DNA of 64,000 bases from Macrostomum lignano (GCA_002269645.1 NIVC01000225.1:628146-692145), one strand, 5' to 3'. Positions 51,738 through 63,973 are shown, numbered from the stretch's first letter. Made by a program: numbers and translations. Notes: a model not told the origin generated them from the letters alone.

Positions 51738-51990
51738 TGGATCGGGAATGTTGGATGCCGCTGGGACACAGGTGGGGAAAGGCAGTGATAAACGAGGTCG
51801 AGCTCGAGGACGAGAGCAAGGCTACGCTCGTATTTTGGGCTCATCGATGGCGGCTACACACTTCATCCTTGCTCAACTATGAGTACATGCACTCGGCGCG
51901 CCCTTGTATAGCATTTACCCCCCCCCCCCCAGTATTCATCTGCACTGACGGGCATGTGTTGCTGCCTGGCTCAGGTGCATGCAAAGCAAA
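51738..51990 (-). mobile_element. (ATCT)n-tailed dispersed element, copy 2
   Basis: Reverse complement of 40589-40836 with small indels. Confidence 0.75.
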
Positions 51991-52629
51991 TACCGAATTG
52001 AAAGAACCGGTTCGCAGTCAGCTGAGTAATCAATCCAGTCAAAGCCAGTATATTGAAACAGTTGCCATATGCGATACCAGGCACAGGTCGCTTCCCACCG
52101 TTCCGCACGGGCGCTGTGGCTCATATATTTGACCAGGCGAGAGATATTTTTACTGCTAAGTTCTGTCACTGCAAGTCAATAAGAGTCACTTGAACAGTTC
52201 TGAGTAGCCCATTGATTTCTGGGGAGTAAATTGGAACGGAAATATTTTAGAGAAGACTTGAGTTCGTTTGTAGCCTCGCACAGTAAGTTAGCTACTTTAC
52301 TTTTAAGGCAATGAATATTCGTTTTCTAGCAGAACGTTTCTTGTGATCTGAAAATTTGTCACTCAAATAGCATGGCAAATACAACTTTCTGTAGTTGGAT
52401 CTTAGTTCCGCGATCCAAGACATTCCGTAACCCGTCCAAAATGTTTTATAACCTTTTTATTCTACTTATGAACAGTAGGACTTAAGAACTTTGCGATGCC
52501 AGTAGATCATCTAAACTCGGCGATCTGGTTCCCGACGTTAGTGCCTGCGATGGCTGGACTTATGAACTGAGAGAGCATGTTGCTGGTGTGTCAGAATAGG
52601 GTTGGATTCTGAGTTGCTGTGTCTTCTTC

Positions 52630-55600
52630 CAGCAACTGACCATCACTGAGTCCGAACCATCAACTGACCATCACTGTATCCGACCATCAACTGACCATCA
52701 CTGTGCCCAACCATCAACTGACCATCACTGTGCCCAACCATCAACTGACCATCACTGTATCCGACCATCAACTGACCATCACTGTGCCGAACCATCAACT
52801 GACCATCACTGTGCCCCAACCATCAACTGACCATCACTGAGTCCGAACCATCAACTGACCATCACTGTGTCCGACCATCAACTGACCATCACTGTGCCCA
52901 ACCATCAACTGACCATCACTGTGCCCAACCATCAACTGACCATCACTGAGTCCGAACCATCAACTGACCATCACTGTATCCGACCATCAACTGACCATCA
53001 CTGTGCCGAACCATCAACTGACCATCACTGTATCCGACCATCAACTGACCATCACTGTGCCGAACCATCAACTGACCATCACTGTATCCGACCATCAACT
53101 GACCATCACTGTGCCGAACCATCAACTGACCATCACTGTGCCGAACCAGCAACTGACCATCACTGTGTCCGAACCAGCAACTGACCATCACTGTGCCGAA
53201 CCAGCAACTGACCATCACTGTGCCCAACCATCAACTGACCATCACTGTGCCGAACCAGCAACTGACCATCACTGTGTCCGAACCAGCAACTGACCATCAC
53301 TGTGCCGAACCATCAACTGACCATCACTGTGCCGAACCAGCAACTGACCATCACTGTGTCCGAACCATCAACTGACCATCACTGAGTCCGAACCATCAAC
53401 TGACCATCACTGTGCCCAACCATCAACTGACCATCACTGTGCCGAACCAGCAACTGACCATCACTGTGTCCGAACCAGCAACTGACCATCACTGTGCCCA
53501 ACCATCAACTGACCATCACTGTGCCCAACCATCAACTGACCATCACTGTGCCCAACCATCAACTGACCATCACTGTGCCGAACCATCAACTGACCATCAC
53601 TGTGCCGAACCAGCAACTGACCATCACTGTGTCCGAACCAGCAACTGACCATCACTGTGCCGAACCAGCAACTGACCATCACTGTGTCCGAACCAGCAAC
53701 TGACCATCACTGAGTCCGAACCATCAACTGACCATCACTGAGTCCGAACCATCAACTGACCATCACTGTATCCGACCATCAACTGACCATCACTGTGCCG
53801 AACCATCAACTGACCATCACTGTGCCGAACCAGCAACTGACCATCACTGTGTCCGAACCAGCAACTGACCATCACTGTGCCCAACCATCAACTGACCATC
53901 ACTGTGCCCCAACCATCAACTGACCATCACTGAGTCCGAACCATCAACTGACCATCACTGTATCCGACCATCAACTGACCATCACTGTGCCCAACCATCA
54001 ACTGACCATCACTGTGCCCAACCATCAACTGACCATCACTGTATCCGACCATCAACTGACCATCACTGTGCCGAACCATCAACTGACCATCACTGTGCCC
54101 CAACCATCAACTGACCATCACTGAGTCCGAACCATCAACTGACCATCACTGTGTCCGACCATCAACTGACCATCACTGTGCCCAACCATCAACTGACCAT
54201 CACTGTGCCCAACCATCAACTGACCATCACTGAGTCCGAACCATCAACTGACCATCACTGTATCCGACCATCAACTGACCATCACTGTGCCGAACCATCA
54301 ACTGACCATCACTGTATCCGACCATCAACTGACCATCACTGTGCCGAACCATCAACTGACCATCACTGTATCCGACCATCAACTGACCATCACTGTGCCG
54401 AACCATCAACTGACCATCACTGTGCCGAACCAGCAACTGACCATCACTGTGTCCGAACCAGCAACTGACCATCACTGTGCCGAACCAGCAACTGACCATC
54501 ACTGTGCCCAACCATCAACTGACCATCACTGTGCCGAACCAGCAACTGACCATCACTGTGTCCGAACCAGCAACTGACCATCACTGTGCCGAACCATCAA
54601 CTGACCATCACTGTGCCGAACCAGCAACTGACCATCACTGTGTCCGAACCATCAACTGACCATCACTGAGTCCGAACCATCAACTGACCATCACTGTGCC
54701 CAACCATCAACTGACCATCACTGTGCCGAACCAGCAACTGACCATCACTGTGTCCGAACCAGCAACTGACCATCACTGTGCCCAACCATCAACTGACCAT
54801 CACTGTGCCCAACCATCAACTGACCATCACTGTGCCCAACCATCAACTGACCATCACTGTGCCGAACCATCAACTGACCATCACTGTGCCGAACCAGCAA
54901 CTGACCATCACTGTGTCCGAACCAGCAACTGACCATCACTGTGCCGAACCAGCAACTGACCATCACTGTGTCCGAACCAGCAACTGACCATCACTGAGTC
55001 CGAACCATCAACTGACCATCACTGAGTCCGAACCATCAACTGACCATCACTGTATCCGACCATCAACTGACCATCACTGTGCCGAACCATCAACTGACCA
55101 TCACTGTGCCGAACCAGCAACTGACCATCACTGTGTCCGAACCAGCAACTGACCATCACTGTGCCCAACCATCAACTGACCATCACTGTGCCCCAACCAT
55201 CAACTGACCATCACTGAGTCCGAACCATCAACTGACCATCACTGTATCCGACCATCAACTGACCATCACTGTGCCCAACCATCAACTGACCATCACTGTG
55301 CCCAACCATCAACTGACCATCACTGAGTCCGAACCATCAACTGACCATCACTGTATCCGACCATCAACTGACCATCACTGTGCCCAACCATCAACTGACC
55401 ATCACTGTGCCCAACCATCAACTGACCATCACTGTGCCCAACCATCAACTGACCATCACTGAGTCCGAACCATCAACTGACCATCACTGTGCCGAACCAG
55501 CAACTGACCATCACTGAGTCCGAACCATCAACTGACCATCACTGTATCCGACCATCAACTGACCATCACTGTGCCGAACCATCAACTGACCATCACTGTA

Positions 55601-56667
55601 TCCGACCATCAACTGACCATCACTGTGCCGAACCATCAACTGACCATCACTGTATCCGACCATCAACTGACCATCACTGTGCCGAACCATCAACTGACCG
55701 TCACTGTGCCGAACCAGCAACTGACCATCACTGTGTCCGAACCAGCAACTGACCATCACTGTGCCGAACCAGCAACTGACCATCACTGTGCCCAACCATC
55801 AACTGACCATCACTGTGCCGAACCATCAACTGACCATCACTGTGTCCGAACCAGCAACTGACCATCACTGTGCCGAACCAGCAACTGACCATCACTGTGT
55901 CCGAACCAGCAACTGACTATCACTGAGTCCGAACCATCAACTGACCATCACTGTGCCGAACCAGCAACTGACCATCACTGTGCCCAACCATCAACTGACC
56001 ATCACTGTGCCGAACCATCAACTGACCATCACTGTGCCCAACCATCAACTGACCATCACTGTGCCGAACCATCAACTGACCATCACTGTGCCGAACCAGC
56101 AACTGACCATCACTGTGTCCGAACCAGCAACTGACCATCACTGTGCCGAACCATCAACTGACCATCACTGTGTCCGAACCAGCAACTGACCATCACTGAG
56201 TCCGAACCATCAACTGACCATCACTGAGTCCGAACCATCAACTGACCATCACTGTATCCGACCATCAACTGACCATCACTGTGCCGAACCATCAACTGAC
56301 CATCACTGTGCCGAACCAGCAACTGACCATCACTGTGCCCAACCATCAACTGACCATCACTGTGCCGAACCAGCAACTGACCATCACTGTGTCCGAACCA
56401 GCAACTGACCATCACTGTGTCCGAACCAGCAACTGACCATCACTGTGCCGAACCAGCAACTGACCATCACTGTGTCCGAACCAGCAACTGACCATCACTG
56501 AGTCCGAACCATCAACTGACCATCACTGTGCCCAACCATCAACTGACCATCACTGTGCCCAACCATCAACTGACCATCACTGTGCCCAACCATCAACTGA
56601 CCATCACTGTGCCCAACCATCAACTGACCATCACTGTGCCCAACCATCAACTGACCATCACTGTGTC
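52630..56667. repeat. 27-28 bp minisatellite (AACCATCAACTGACCATCACTGTGCCG) with a 1284-bp higher-order period
   Basis: Identical variant strings recur at +1284 (ORF track 52943, 54227, 55511; 53003, 54287, 55571). Confidence 0.95.
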
Positions 56668-56792
56668 CAACTACCAATCGAAGCTCGAGAACTTTGCTGG
56701 CCATTGGGAAACAGGGATTGGAGACATCCACTGAGGCCTTTGACGTGCAAAGAGTTCTGTGCGAGTGCCTTTCGCCATTCGATTGAGTGGAC
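56666..56792 (+). pseudogene. 3' fragment of a paralog of the C-type lectin gene
   Basis: SNYQSKLENFAGHWETGIGDIH, then a 2-nt deletion, then EAFDVQRVLCECLSPFD*. Homologous to 59120-59239. Confidence 0.8.
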
Positions 56793-56806
56793 CTGGTCTG
56801 TACAAA

Positions 56807-57070
56807 GCATATAGGGTCTAAGCATAGGGTCTAAGCATAGGGTCTAAGCATAGGGTCTAAGCATAGGGTCTAAGCATAGGGTCTAAGCATAGGGTCTAAG
56901 CATAGGGTCTAAGCATAGGGTCTAAGCATAGGGTCTAAGCATAGGGTCTAAGAAAAGGGTCTAAGCAAGGGGTCTAAGCATAGGGTCTAAGCACAGGGTC
57001 TAAGAAAAGGGTCTAAGCAAGGGGTCTAAGCATAGGGTCTAAGCACAGGGTCTGAGCATAGGCTCTGAGC
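56807..57070. repeat. 13-bp repeat (AGCATAGGGTCTA)n following the lectin fragment
   Basis: Same family recurs at 59255-59347 and 59468-59662. Confidence 0.92.
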
Positions 57071-57539
57071 ACCAAACACTTAAAGGGAGAAATTTTCAGT
57101 AAAAATACAGAAATGCTTGCGTTATTTCTAAAAATAAAATAAAATTGAAACACATTAAATCTTTTCGGTTGAAATCGAGTCGAGTGCTAAATTCAGTTAT
57201 TCATCAGTAAATTTTTGCTCTCTAATGACAGAAAACGCAGTTGCTAAAGCTTAAAACTGATTGATGTTTTCAATTAAAAAATTACTTAGGAATCCATTGC
57301 TTTAGTCAATGGTTTCAATCTGAAATTTAAATTCACAATATAACGCGTCAATTTGCTATAGGCAACTGAGATTTTGCTACAAATTTAACGGCAAGAGGTC
57401 TGTTGACTAGAAACATTGAAGGTCTGCTGCATATATTTCTGCAGATTTTTCTGTAAGCCTGTGGCTGACCCTGTCCCTCGAAATTTTGCCTTCGATGCCA
57501 GGGAATCACTCTGATCAGTGATTCAACAAAATCCATTGA

Positions 57540-57597
57540 TACCTGTGCATCAGGAGCGACTTCATTGAGACTCCAGATGGCTCGCACTCTGAGATCG
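57540..57597 (+). pseudogene. Short internal fragment of the lectin PAN domain
   Basis: TACCTGTGCATCAGGAGCGACTTCATTGAGACTCCAGATGGCTCGCACTCTGAGATCG is nearly identical to 58571-58628. Confidence 0.75.
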
Positions 57598-58474
57598 CGA
57601 GCCATCTCCCAACCTCCCAACGGCAGACTGGGAACTGTCAGATTGGGACCAGTGACAAGACGTCACAGAGATTAGCAAACAAAATGATTCTTTGACATGT
57701 TTTTTTAGCAATAATCGCCTTAAACACTTAATTGCGTTACATCTCAACGTCGCTACAAGAAACATATTCTGTAGCATTTTAACCCCCCTTTCAGAGGTAG
57801 CTGAGACTAGCTGTCTGCTTTTCACTGAGATTTAAGCAACAAATTCATGCCAATCTCAGCTCAATTTCAGCTCACTTCTGTCGCATTTTCAATTGTGCTG
57901 AAAATCTGCATGGATTAAAAACATTTATCCTGTCAGTTGAGTCAACCCGCTTGAAGGCTATTCGCTCACGAGAAACAGCCACCCACGGCTTCATTGTCAA
58001 ATATCTTAGACAGTCAGCCGCAGCTAAGGCAGCTAAGACGATTAAATTCATGCATTCAGCTCAGTAGAATGAATTCGCAGACAAAACAAAATAGCTGCAA
58101 AAATACTGCTTTTAGGCTGATAGCTGATGGCGTGTGAATGTGTTAAGCTGGCTGCAATATCTCAAATATTCCACATCTAACGCGCAAATTTGTTTCATAA
58201 AGACGGCTCTGAGCTAAAATTTCACTTCGAAGGGAATAGCTTTGATAAAGCAGGTACTCGAAACAATAAAAGCACTTAAATAATCCCTACTAAGTGCTTT
58301 GGTTTAATTGGAAATTGATTGCAAGGAAAACATTTTTTCATTGATCAACGGTTGCCTCTAGTAGCTAGCGCATAAAAATTTCTCGATTCATCGAGTTATC
58401 GATAGCTCAGTAAAAGAGCCGCCGAAAGAAGCATAGTAGAAGAGCTGCTAGAAGCACTTTGGCTTGAGACAGAC

Positions 58475-59239
58475 ATGTCGCTGGGAGTCCCGCTATGTCT
58501 GCTGGTCCTGCTACTCGCTGCTCTGCCGCCGCTGGGCAACGCATCCGGCTCCTTCAGCCTCATCGAAGGCTACCTGTGCATCAGGAGCGACTTCATTGAA
58601 ACTCCAGGTGGCTCGCACTCTGAGATCGGCTGTGCCGCTCTGTGCAGCCGCAACCCGCGCTGTCAGGCGTTCGGCCTGGCTGACGGTCCGTGCCAGCTGT
58701 TCGTGTTCGACAAGTGCAGCAAGTCGGTGAGGGACTGCGGCTGCTCCAGGAGAGGCCGGGTGTTTGTGAAGCAGCAGCCGGGACTCGAGGCGGGCGCGCT
58801 GTGTCCGTCTGGCTACGGAGACGACCTGTGCGGAGTGAAGTACAAGACGCATCATGTTACCAGCCCGGCAATCATGAGCTGGTACAATGGCAGAGACAGG
58901 TGCAACAGTGACGAAGGCTTAGCGATGATGTCGGACATTACCAGCGAGACGGAGAACCAGCACATGCAGTTGCTGTTCGCCAAGTACATGACAGGAATCG
59001 GAGGCATGTTTCTCGGCGGAGCTCAGGCTCCTGGCAGTGCTGAACCGGCTGGCGGCTGGAGCTGGCAGCCCTGCAACATCTCCATCGATGCCAGTCTGTG
59101 AACAGCTGGTCAGCCTGGAAACTACAAACCGGAATTCGAGAACTTTGCTGGCCAGTGGGGAACAGGAATTGGAGACTTTTACTATGAGGCCTTCGACGTG
59201 CAAGGAGTTCTGTGCGAGTGCCTGTCGCCGTTCGACTGA
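58475..59239 (+). CDS. Secreted PAN/apple + C-type lectin domain protein with in-frame TGA at 59099-59101 (pseudogene or readthrough)
   Basis: Signal peptide MSLGVPLCLLVLLLAALPPLGNA. PAN-like SEIGCAALCSRNPRCQAFGLADGPCQLF. CTL-like SWYNGRDRC...ITSETEN...MFLGG...WSW...L*TAGQPGN...ENF...GIGD...VLCE. The frame stays open for 45 codons after the TGA to a final TGA at 59237-59239. Confidence 0.72.
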
Positions 59240-59254
59240 GTTGACCCGAAGCAT

Positions 59255-59347
59255 TGAGCCTGAGCATAGGGTGACAGGGTCTGAGCATAGGGTCTGAGTA
59301 AAAGGTCTGAGCATAGGGTCTGAGCAAAAGGTCTGAGCATAGGGTCT
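59255..59347. repeat. 13-bp family repeat 3' of the lectin gene
   Basis: Variants of GAGCATAGGGTCT. Confidence 0.85.
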
Positions 59348-59463
59348 AAAATTTCTCGATTCATCGAGTTATCGATAGATAGCTCAGTAAAACAGCCGCC
59401 GAAAGAAGCATAGTAGAAGCTGCTAGAAGCACTTTGGCTTGAGACAGAATGTCGCTGGGAGTC
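59348..59463 (+). pseudogene. Duplicated 5' flank and first codons of the lectin gene
   Basis: Near-identical to 58376-58490, ending ATGTCGCTGGGAGTC. Confidence 0.8.
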
Positions 59464-59467
59464 TATA

Positions 59468-59662
59468 TGCATAGGGTCTAAGCATAGGGTCTAAGCACAG
59501 GGTCTAAGCATAAGGGTGTAAGCATAAGGGTCTAAGCATAGGGTCTAAGCACAGGGTCTAAGCATAAGGGTCTATATTAAGCATAAGGGTCTCCTAAGGG
59601 TCTAAGCATAAGGGTCTAAGCACAGGGTCTAAGCATAGGGTCTCAGCATAGGGTCTCAGCAC
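59468..59662. repeat. 13-bp family repeat, third array
   Basis: GCATAGGGTCTAA variants. Confidence 0.88.
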
Positions 59663-59963
59663 CCGCATGTAACAATATGCATGTACGAACTACACTATAT
59701 TCAGTTTACCGAAGAGGTAATGCAGATTATGAATTACTTACTAGAGGCCTCGCCCTTGATACATATTGCAGTGCCCCGTTTTTATCTTCTGTTGTCAGTA
59801 CGTGCTTGCAATCTTAATTATAGTTTTGTTATTTCTGTCTAATTCATTCTATCCTATTTAACAATTTATTCTTGTTCAAATATTGATGTCTCTCTGTGAC
59901 AAAAAATTTATAAGAATTGTTTCTAAGTCTAAATTTGAGATTTGAGATTTGAGAATTTGAGAA

Positions 59964-60181
59964 GTCGATACATATCGGCTTTGTTTCTGCAATTTTAATA
60001 TTTTCGATACATATCGGCTTTGTTTCTGCAATTTTAATAGTTTTCGATACATATCGGCTTTGTTTCTGCAGTTTTATTTGTTTTCGATACATATCGGCTT
60101 TCTTTCTGCAATTTTATTTGTTTTCGATACATATCGGCTTTATTTCTGCAGTTTTACATTTTTCGATACATATCGGCTTTC
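59964..60181. repeat. 39-40 bp tandem repeat x6 containing TCGATACATATCGG
   Basis: CGATAC at 59966, 60005, 60045, 60085, 60125 and 60164. Confidence 0.9.
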
Positions 60182-60196
60182 ACTAGTTAAATACTA

Positions 60197-60555
60197 CTAG
60201 ATGCTATCGTAGGACTCTCCGCCGCCTCGCCTGCACCTGCCAGCCAGCAGGCGTTTCAGTTCGAGAAAGGTGAAAACTGCGCCATCAGCTGCCAACCCGG
60301 GCAGTGACATCCAGAACTCCAAATTAGGCACCATCTGGAGCCCGGATCGTTGTCTCGAATAGCGGTTGAACAATATCCCAGCCAGCAAGTAGACGGTGAC
60401 CAGACAGAAGAAAATGATAAGTAGTACATCTCCGCCGCTCATGCCTCCTCCGTTTGACCCGTCTGTGGCTGTCGGACAGGCATAGCGGCTTCTCAAATCC
60501 ATAGTTAGCTGGTTGCCGGAGGCGCCCTGCGTGCTCACTGACGACTCTGCTGAGT
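60197..60555 (-). CDS. MRH-domain receptor (cation-dependent M6P receptor / ATG27-like), terminal exon with TM and cytosolic tail
   Basis: LRSRYACP...GMSGGDVLLIIFFCLVTVYLLAGILFNR...GLQMVPNLEFWMSLPGLAADGAVF...YDSI* (YxxPhi). Acceptor TTCCTCTGCAG|AC, phase 1. Confidence 0.85.
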
Positions 60556-60667
60556 CTGCAGAGGAAAATTATCAAAACTTTATGCCAAGTTTTATACATT
60601 CAGACCAGTCGCAAAGAAGGACGCTTGCAATTGCGATTGCTTTCTCTGCACTGTTTCTACCACTGCA

Positions 60668-60856
60668 GGGGGCTAATTGTAGCCTAGTGGTTGGAGCGTC
60701 GGTCCCACGACTGAAAGGTCGGGAGTTCGATCATCGACCCACTCGGAACTATTTTGTGTCCTTAAGCAAGACACTTAACTCTGCATTGCGTCAGTTCACC
60801 CAGCATTAGCTGGGATAATTGAGGGTGTGTGCGTGGCGACCCCCCCCCCCCCAGTC
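60668..60856 (+). mobile_element. tRNA-derived SINE with CORE-like domain (intronic, antisense to host gene)
   Basis: A-box TAGCCTAGTGG (60680), B-box GGAGTTCGATC, then GTGTCCTTAAGCAAGACACTTAAC. Homologous to 4321-4480. Confidence 0.8.
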
Positions 60857-61107
60857 CTTAGACTGAACAGCCGTACGCAGCCTTAGTCAATTAGCCTTAG
60901 TCAATTAGGGCAGCTGTAGTCAATTATTATTAATAATAATATTAATATATTCTAGCACCAGATTTACGAGAACAATATCCTCGCATTCAGAAGTTCCGAA
61001 AGTCTCAGCTGCAAATTAATCCAAAATGAATGAGAGTCAGACGAGAAAAAAATTAGGGTCAGACTAATAAAGAATGAGAGCTATACAAGTGGATTGAAAT
61101 TACTCAC

Positions 61108-61237
61108 TTTTATCGCAAACCAAGTTAACAGTTGTAGTTCGGGTCGAATCTCCACTGAGATAGCGGAGGTACAACTGACTGTTGGTTGGGTCGATACCAA
61201 ACTTGGCAGACTTTTGCGCTCCAAAGTCTGTGTATGT
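61108..61237 (-). CDS. MRH-domain receptor, middle exon
   Basis: TYTDFGAQKSAKFGIDPTNSQLYLRYLSGDSTRTTTVNLVCDK; phase 0 in, phase 1 out (A|GTGAGT), joining both neighbouring exons in frame. Absent from the ORF track. Confidence 0.82.
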
Positions 61238-61283
61238 CTGTGTAAATCCGAATGTGAATAGGCAGGTGGCTCATTTGAAATGA

Positions 61284-63628
61284 ACTGAGAAACCCACTGA
61301 AGACACCTGAAAGGAACTGGGAAGCACGTTGAAGACACACCTGAACTGAACTGGGAAAACTCGCTGAGTACACACCTAACATGAATTAGGACACCCGCTG
61401 AAGACACCCCTGAAGAGAACTGGGGAAACTCGCTGAAGACACCCCTGGAGAGAACTGGGGAAACTCGCTGAAGATACCCCTGAAGAGAACTGGGAAACTC
61501 GCTGAAGACACCTGAAGTGAACTGGGAAACCACCTGAAGACACCCCTGAAGAGAACTGGGAAACTCGCTGAAGACACCCCTGAAGAGAACTGGGAAACTC
61601 ACTGAAGACACCCCTGAAGAGAACTGGGAAACTCACTGAAGACATCCCTGAAGAGAACTGGAAAACTCGCTGAAGACACCCCTGAAGAGAACTGGGAAAC
61701 TCACTGAAGACATCCCTGAAGAGAACTGGGAAACTCGCTGAAGACACCTGAAGAGAACTGGGAAACCCGCTGAAGACACCTGAAGAGAACTGGGAAACTC
61801 GCTGAAGACACCTGAAGAGAACTGGGAAACCACTGAAGACACACCTGAAAAGAACTGGGAAGCACGCTGAAGACACACCTGAAAAGAACTGGGAAGCACG
61901 CTGAAGACGCACCTGAAGTGAACTGGGAAACCACCTGAAGATACACCTGAAGAGAACTGGAAAACTCGCTGAAGACACCCCTGAAGAGAACTGGGAAACC
62001 AGCTGAAGACACACCTGAAGAGAACTGGGAAGCACGCTGAAGACACCTGAAGTGAACTGGGAAACCACCTGAAGATACACCTGAAGAGAACTGGAAAACT
62101 CGCTGAAGACACCCCTGAAGAGAACTGGGAAACCAGCTGAAGACACACCTGAAGAGAACTGGGAAGCACGCTGAAGACACCTGAAGTGAACTGGGAAACC
62201 ACCTGAAGATACACCTGAAGAGAACTGGAAAACTCGCTGAAGACACCCCTGAAGAGAACTGGGAAACCAGCTGAAGACACACCTGAAGAGAACTGGGAAG
62301 CACGCTGAAGACACGTGAAGTGAACTGGGAAACCACCTGAAGATACACCTGAAGAGAACTGGGAAACTCGCTGAAGACACCCCTGAAGAGAACTGGGAAA
62401 CTCACTGAAGACACGTGAAGTGAACTGGGAAACCACCTGAAGATACACCTGAAGAGAACTGGGAAACTCGCTGAAGACACCCCTGAAGAGAACTGGGAAA
62501 CTCACTGAAGACACCCCTGAAGAGAACTGGGAAACTCACTGAAGACATCCCTGAAGAGAACTGGAAAACTCGCTGAAGACACCCCTGAAGAGAACTGGGA
62601 AACTCACTGAAGACATCCCTGAAGAGAACTGGGAAACTCGCTGAAGACACACCTGAAGAGAACTGGGAAACCCGCTGAAGACACCTAAAGTGAACTGGGA
62701 AACCACCTGAAGACACACCTGAAGAGAACTGGGAAGCACGCTGAAGACACACCTGAAAAGAACTGGGAAGCACGCTGAAGACGCACCTGAAGAGAACTGG
62801 GAAACCCGCTGAAGACACCTGAAGTGAACTGGGAAACCACCTGAAGACACCTGAAGAGAACTGGGAAACCCGCTGAACACACCTGAAGAGAACTTGGGAA
62901 ACCCGCTGAAGACACCTGAAGTGAACTGGGAAACCACCTGAAGACACACCTGAAGAGAACTGGGAAACCCGCTGAACACACCTGAAGAGAACTTGGGAAA
63001 CCCGCTGAAGACACCTGAAGAGAACTGGGAAACTCGCTGAAGACACCCCTGAAGAGAACTGGGAAACTCGCTGAAGACATCCCTGAAGAGAACTGGGAAA
63101 CTCGCTGAAGACAACCCTGAAGAGAACTGGGAAACTCGCTGAAGACACCTCTGAAGAGAACTGGGAAACTCGCTGAAGATACACTTGAACCGAACCGGGA
63201 AACCAGCTGAAAACACCCCTGAAGAGAACTGGGAAACTCGCTGAAGACATCCCTGAAGAGAACTGGGAAACTCGCTGAAGACAACCCTGAAGAGAACTGG
63301 GAAACTCGCTGAAGACACCTCTGAAGAGAACTGGGAAACTCGCTGAAGATACACTTGAACCGAACCGGGAAACCAGCTGAAAACACCCCTGAAGAGAACT
63401 GGGAAACTCGCTGAAGACACCCCTGAAGAGAACTGGGGAAACTCGCTGAAGACACCCTGAAGAGAACTGGGAAACTCGCTGAAGATACACTTGAACCGAA
63501 CTGGGAAACCAGCTGAAGACACACCTGAAGAGAACTGGGGAAACTCGCTGAAGACACCCCTGAAGAGAACTGGGAAACTCGCTGAAGATACACTTGAACC
63601 GAACTGGGAAACCACCTGAAGATACACC
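61284..63628. repeat. 32-35 bp minisatellite (GAAGAGAACTGGGAAACTCGCTGAAGACACCCCT) filling an intron
   Basis: About 70 copies with short higher-order blocks. Confidence 0.95.
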
Positions 63629-63657
63629 CTAACCATAAAGCAAGGATTTTCACTCAC

Positions 63658-63973
63658 ATAGATAATGCGAAGCATTTCCTGGCAAACTGCGGCATCAGTT
63701 TGGCCAGAGCCGCACTGGAACGGCAGGCAGGGATTAAACTGATAAGTATACCCATCTGCCGCTTTATAGTTAAACGCCGGACCAGGTTTGACTGTAGCGG
63801 TGACAAATCAATAAACTGGCCGTCCGTGAGTCGACACGAGCAACTGCTGAGCTGCTCAGCGCACACCGCCGCAGCTGCCGATACTGTGGCGGCGAGGCCT
63901 TTGATGTGGCTGTAATTAATACTGCCATCAACTGCGTAGCCAGTAGGCGCAGGTTGAAATATAAAGGATTCAT
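63658..63973 (-). CDS. MRH-domain receptor, first coding exon (frameshifted as assembled)
   Basis: Three consecutive frames give MNPLYFNLRLLATQLMAVLITATSK / GLAATVSAAAAVCAEQLSSCSCRLTDGQFIDLSPLQS / PGPAFNYKAADGYTYQFNPCLPFQCGSGQTDAAVCQEMLRIIY, then donor TAT|GTGAGT. Confidence 0.7.

Noticed and set aside
59099-59101. Selenocysteine or a UGA=Trp genetic code as the explanation for the lectin TGA
   Set aside because: The aligned residue is Trp, not Cys, and no SECIS was recognised. TGA serves as a normal stop at 29747 and 59237, and UGA=Trp in flatworms applies to mitochondria only.
60668-60740. tRNA gene
   Set aside because: It has A and B boxes but no convincing acceptor stem, and it continues into a SINE body shared with 4321-4480.
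52630-63628. 27-28 bp and 32-35 bp arrays as possible CRISPR arrays
   Set aside because: Units are contiguous with no unique spacers, no cas genes are present, and the context is eukaryotic.
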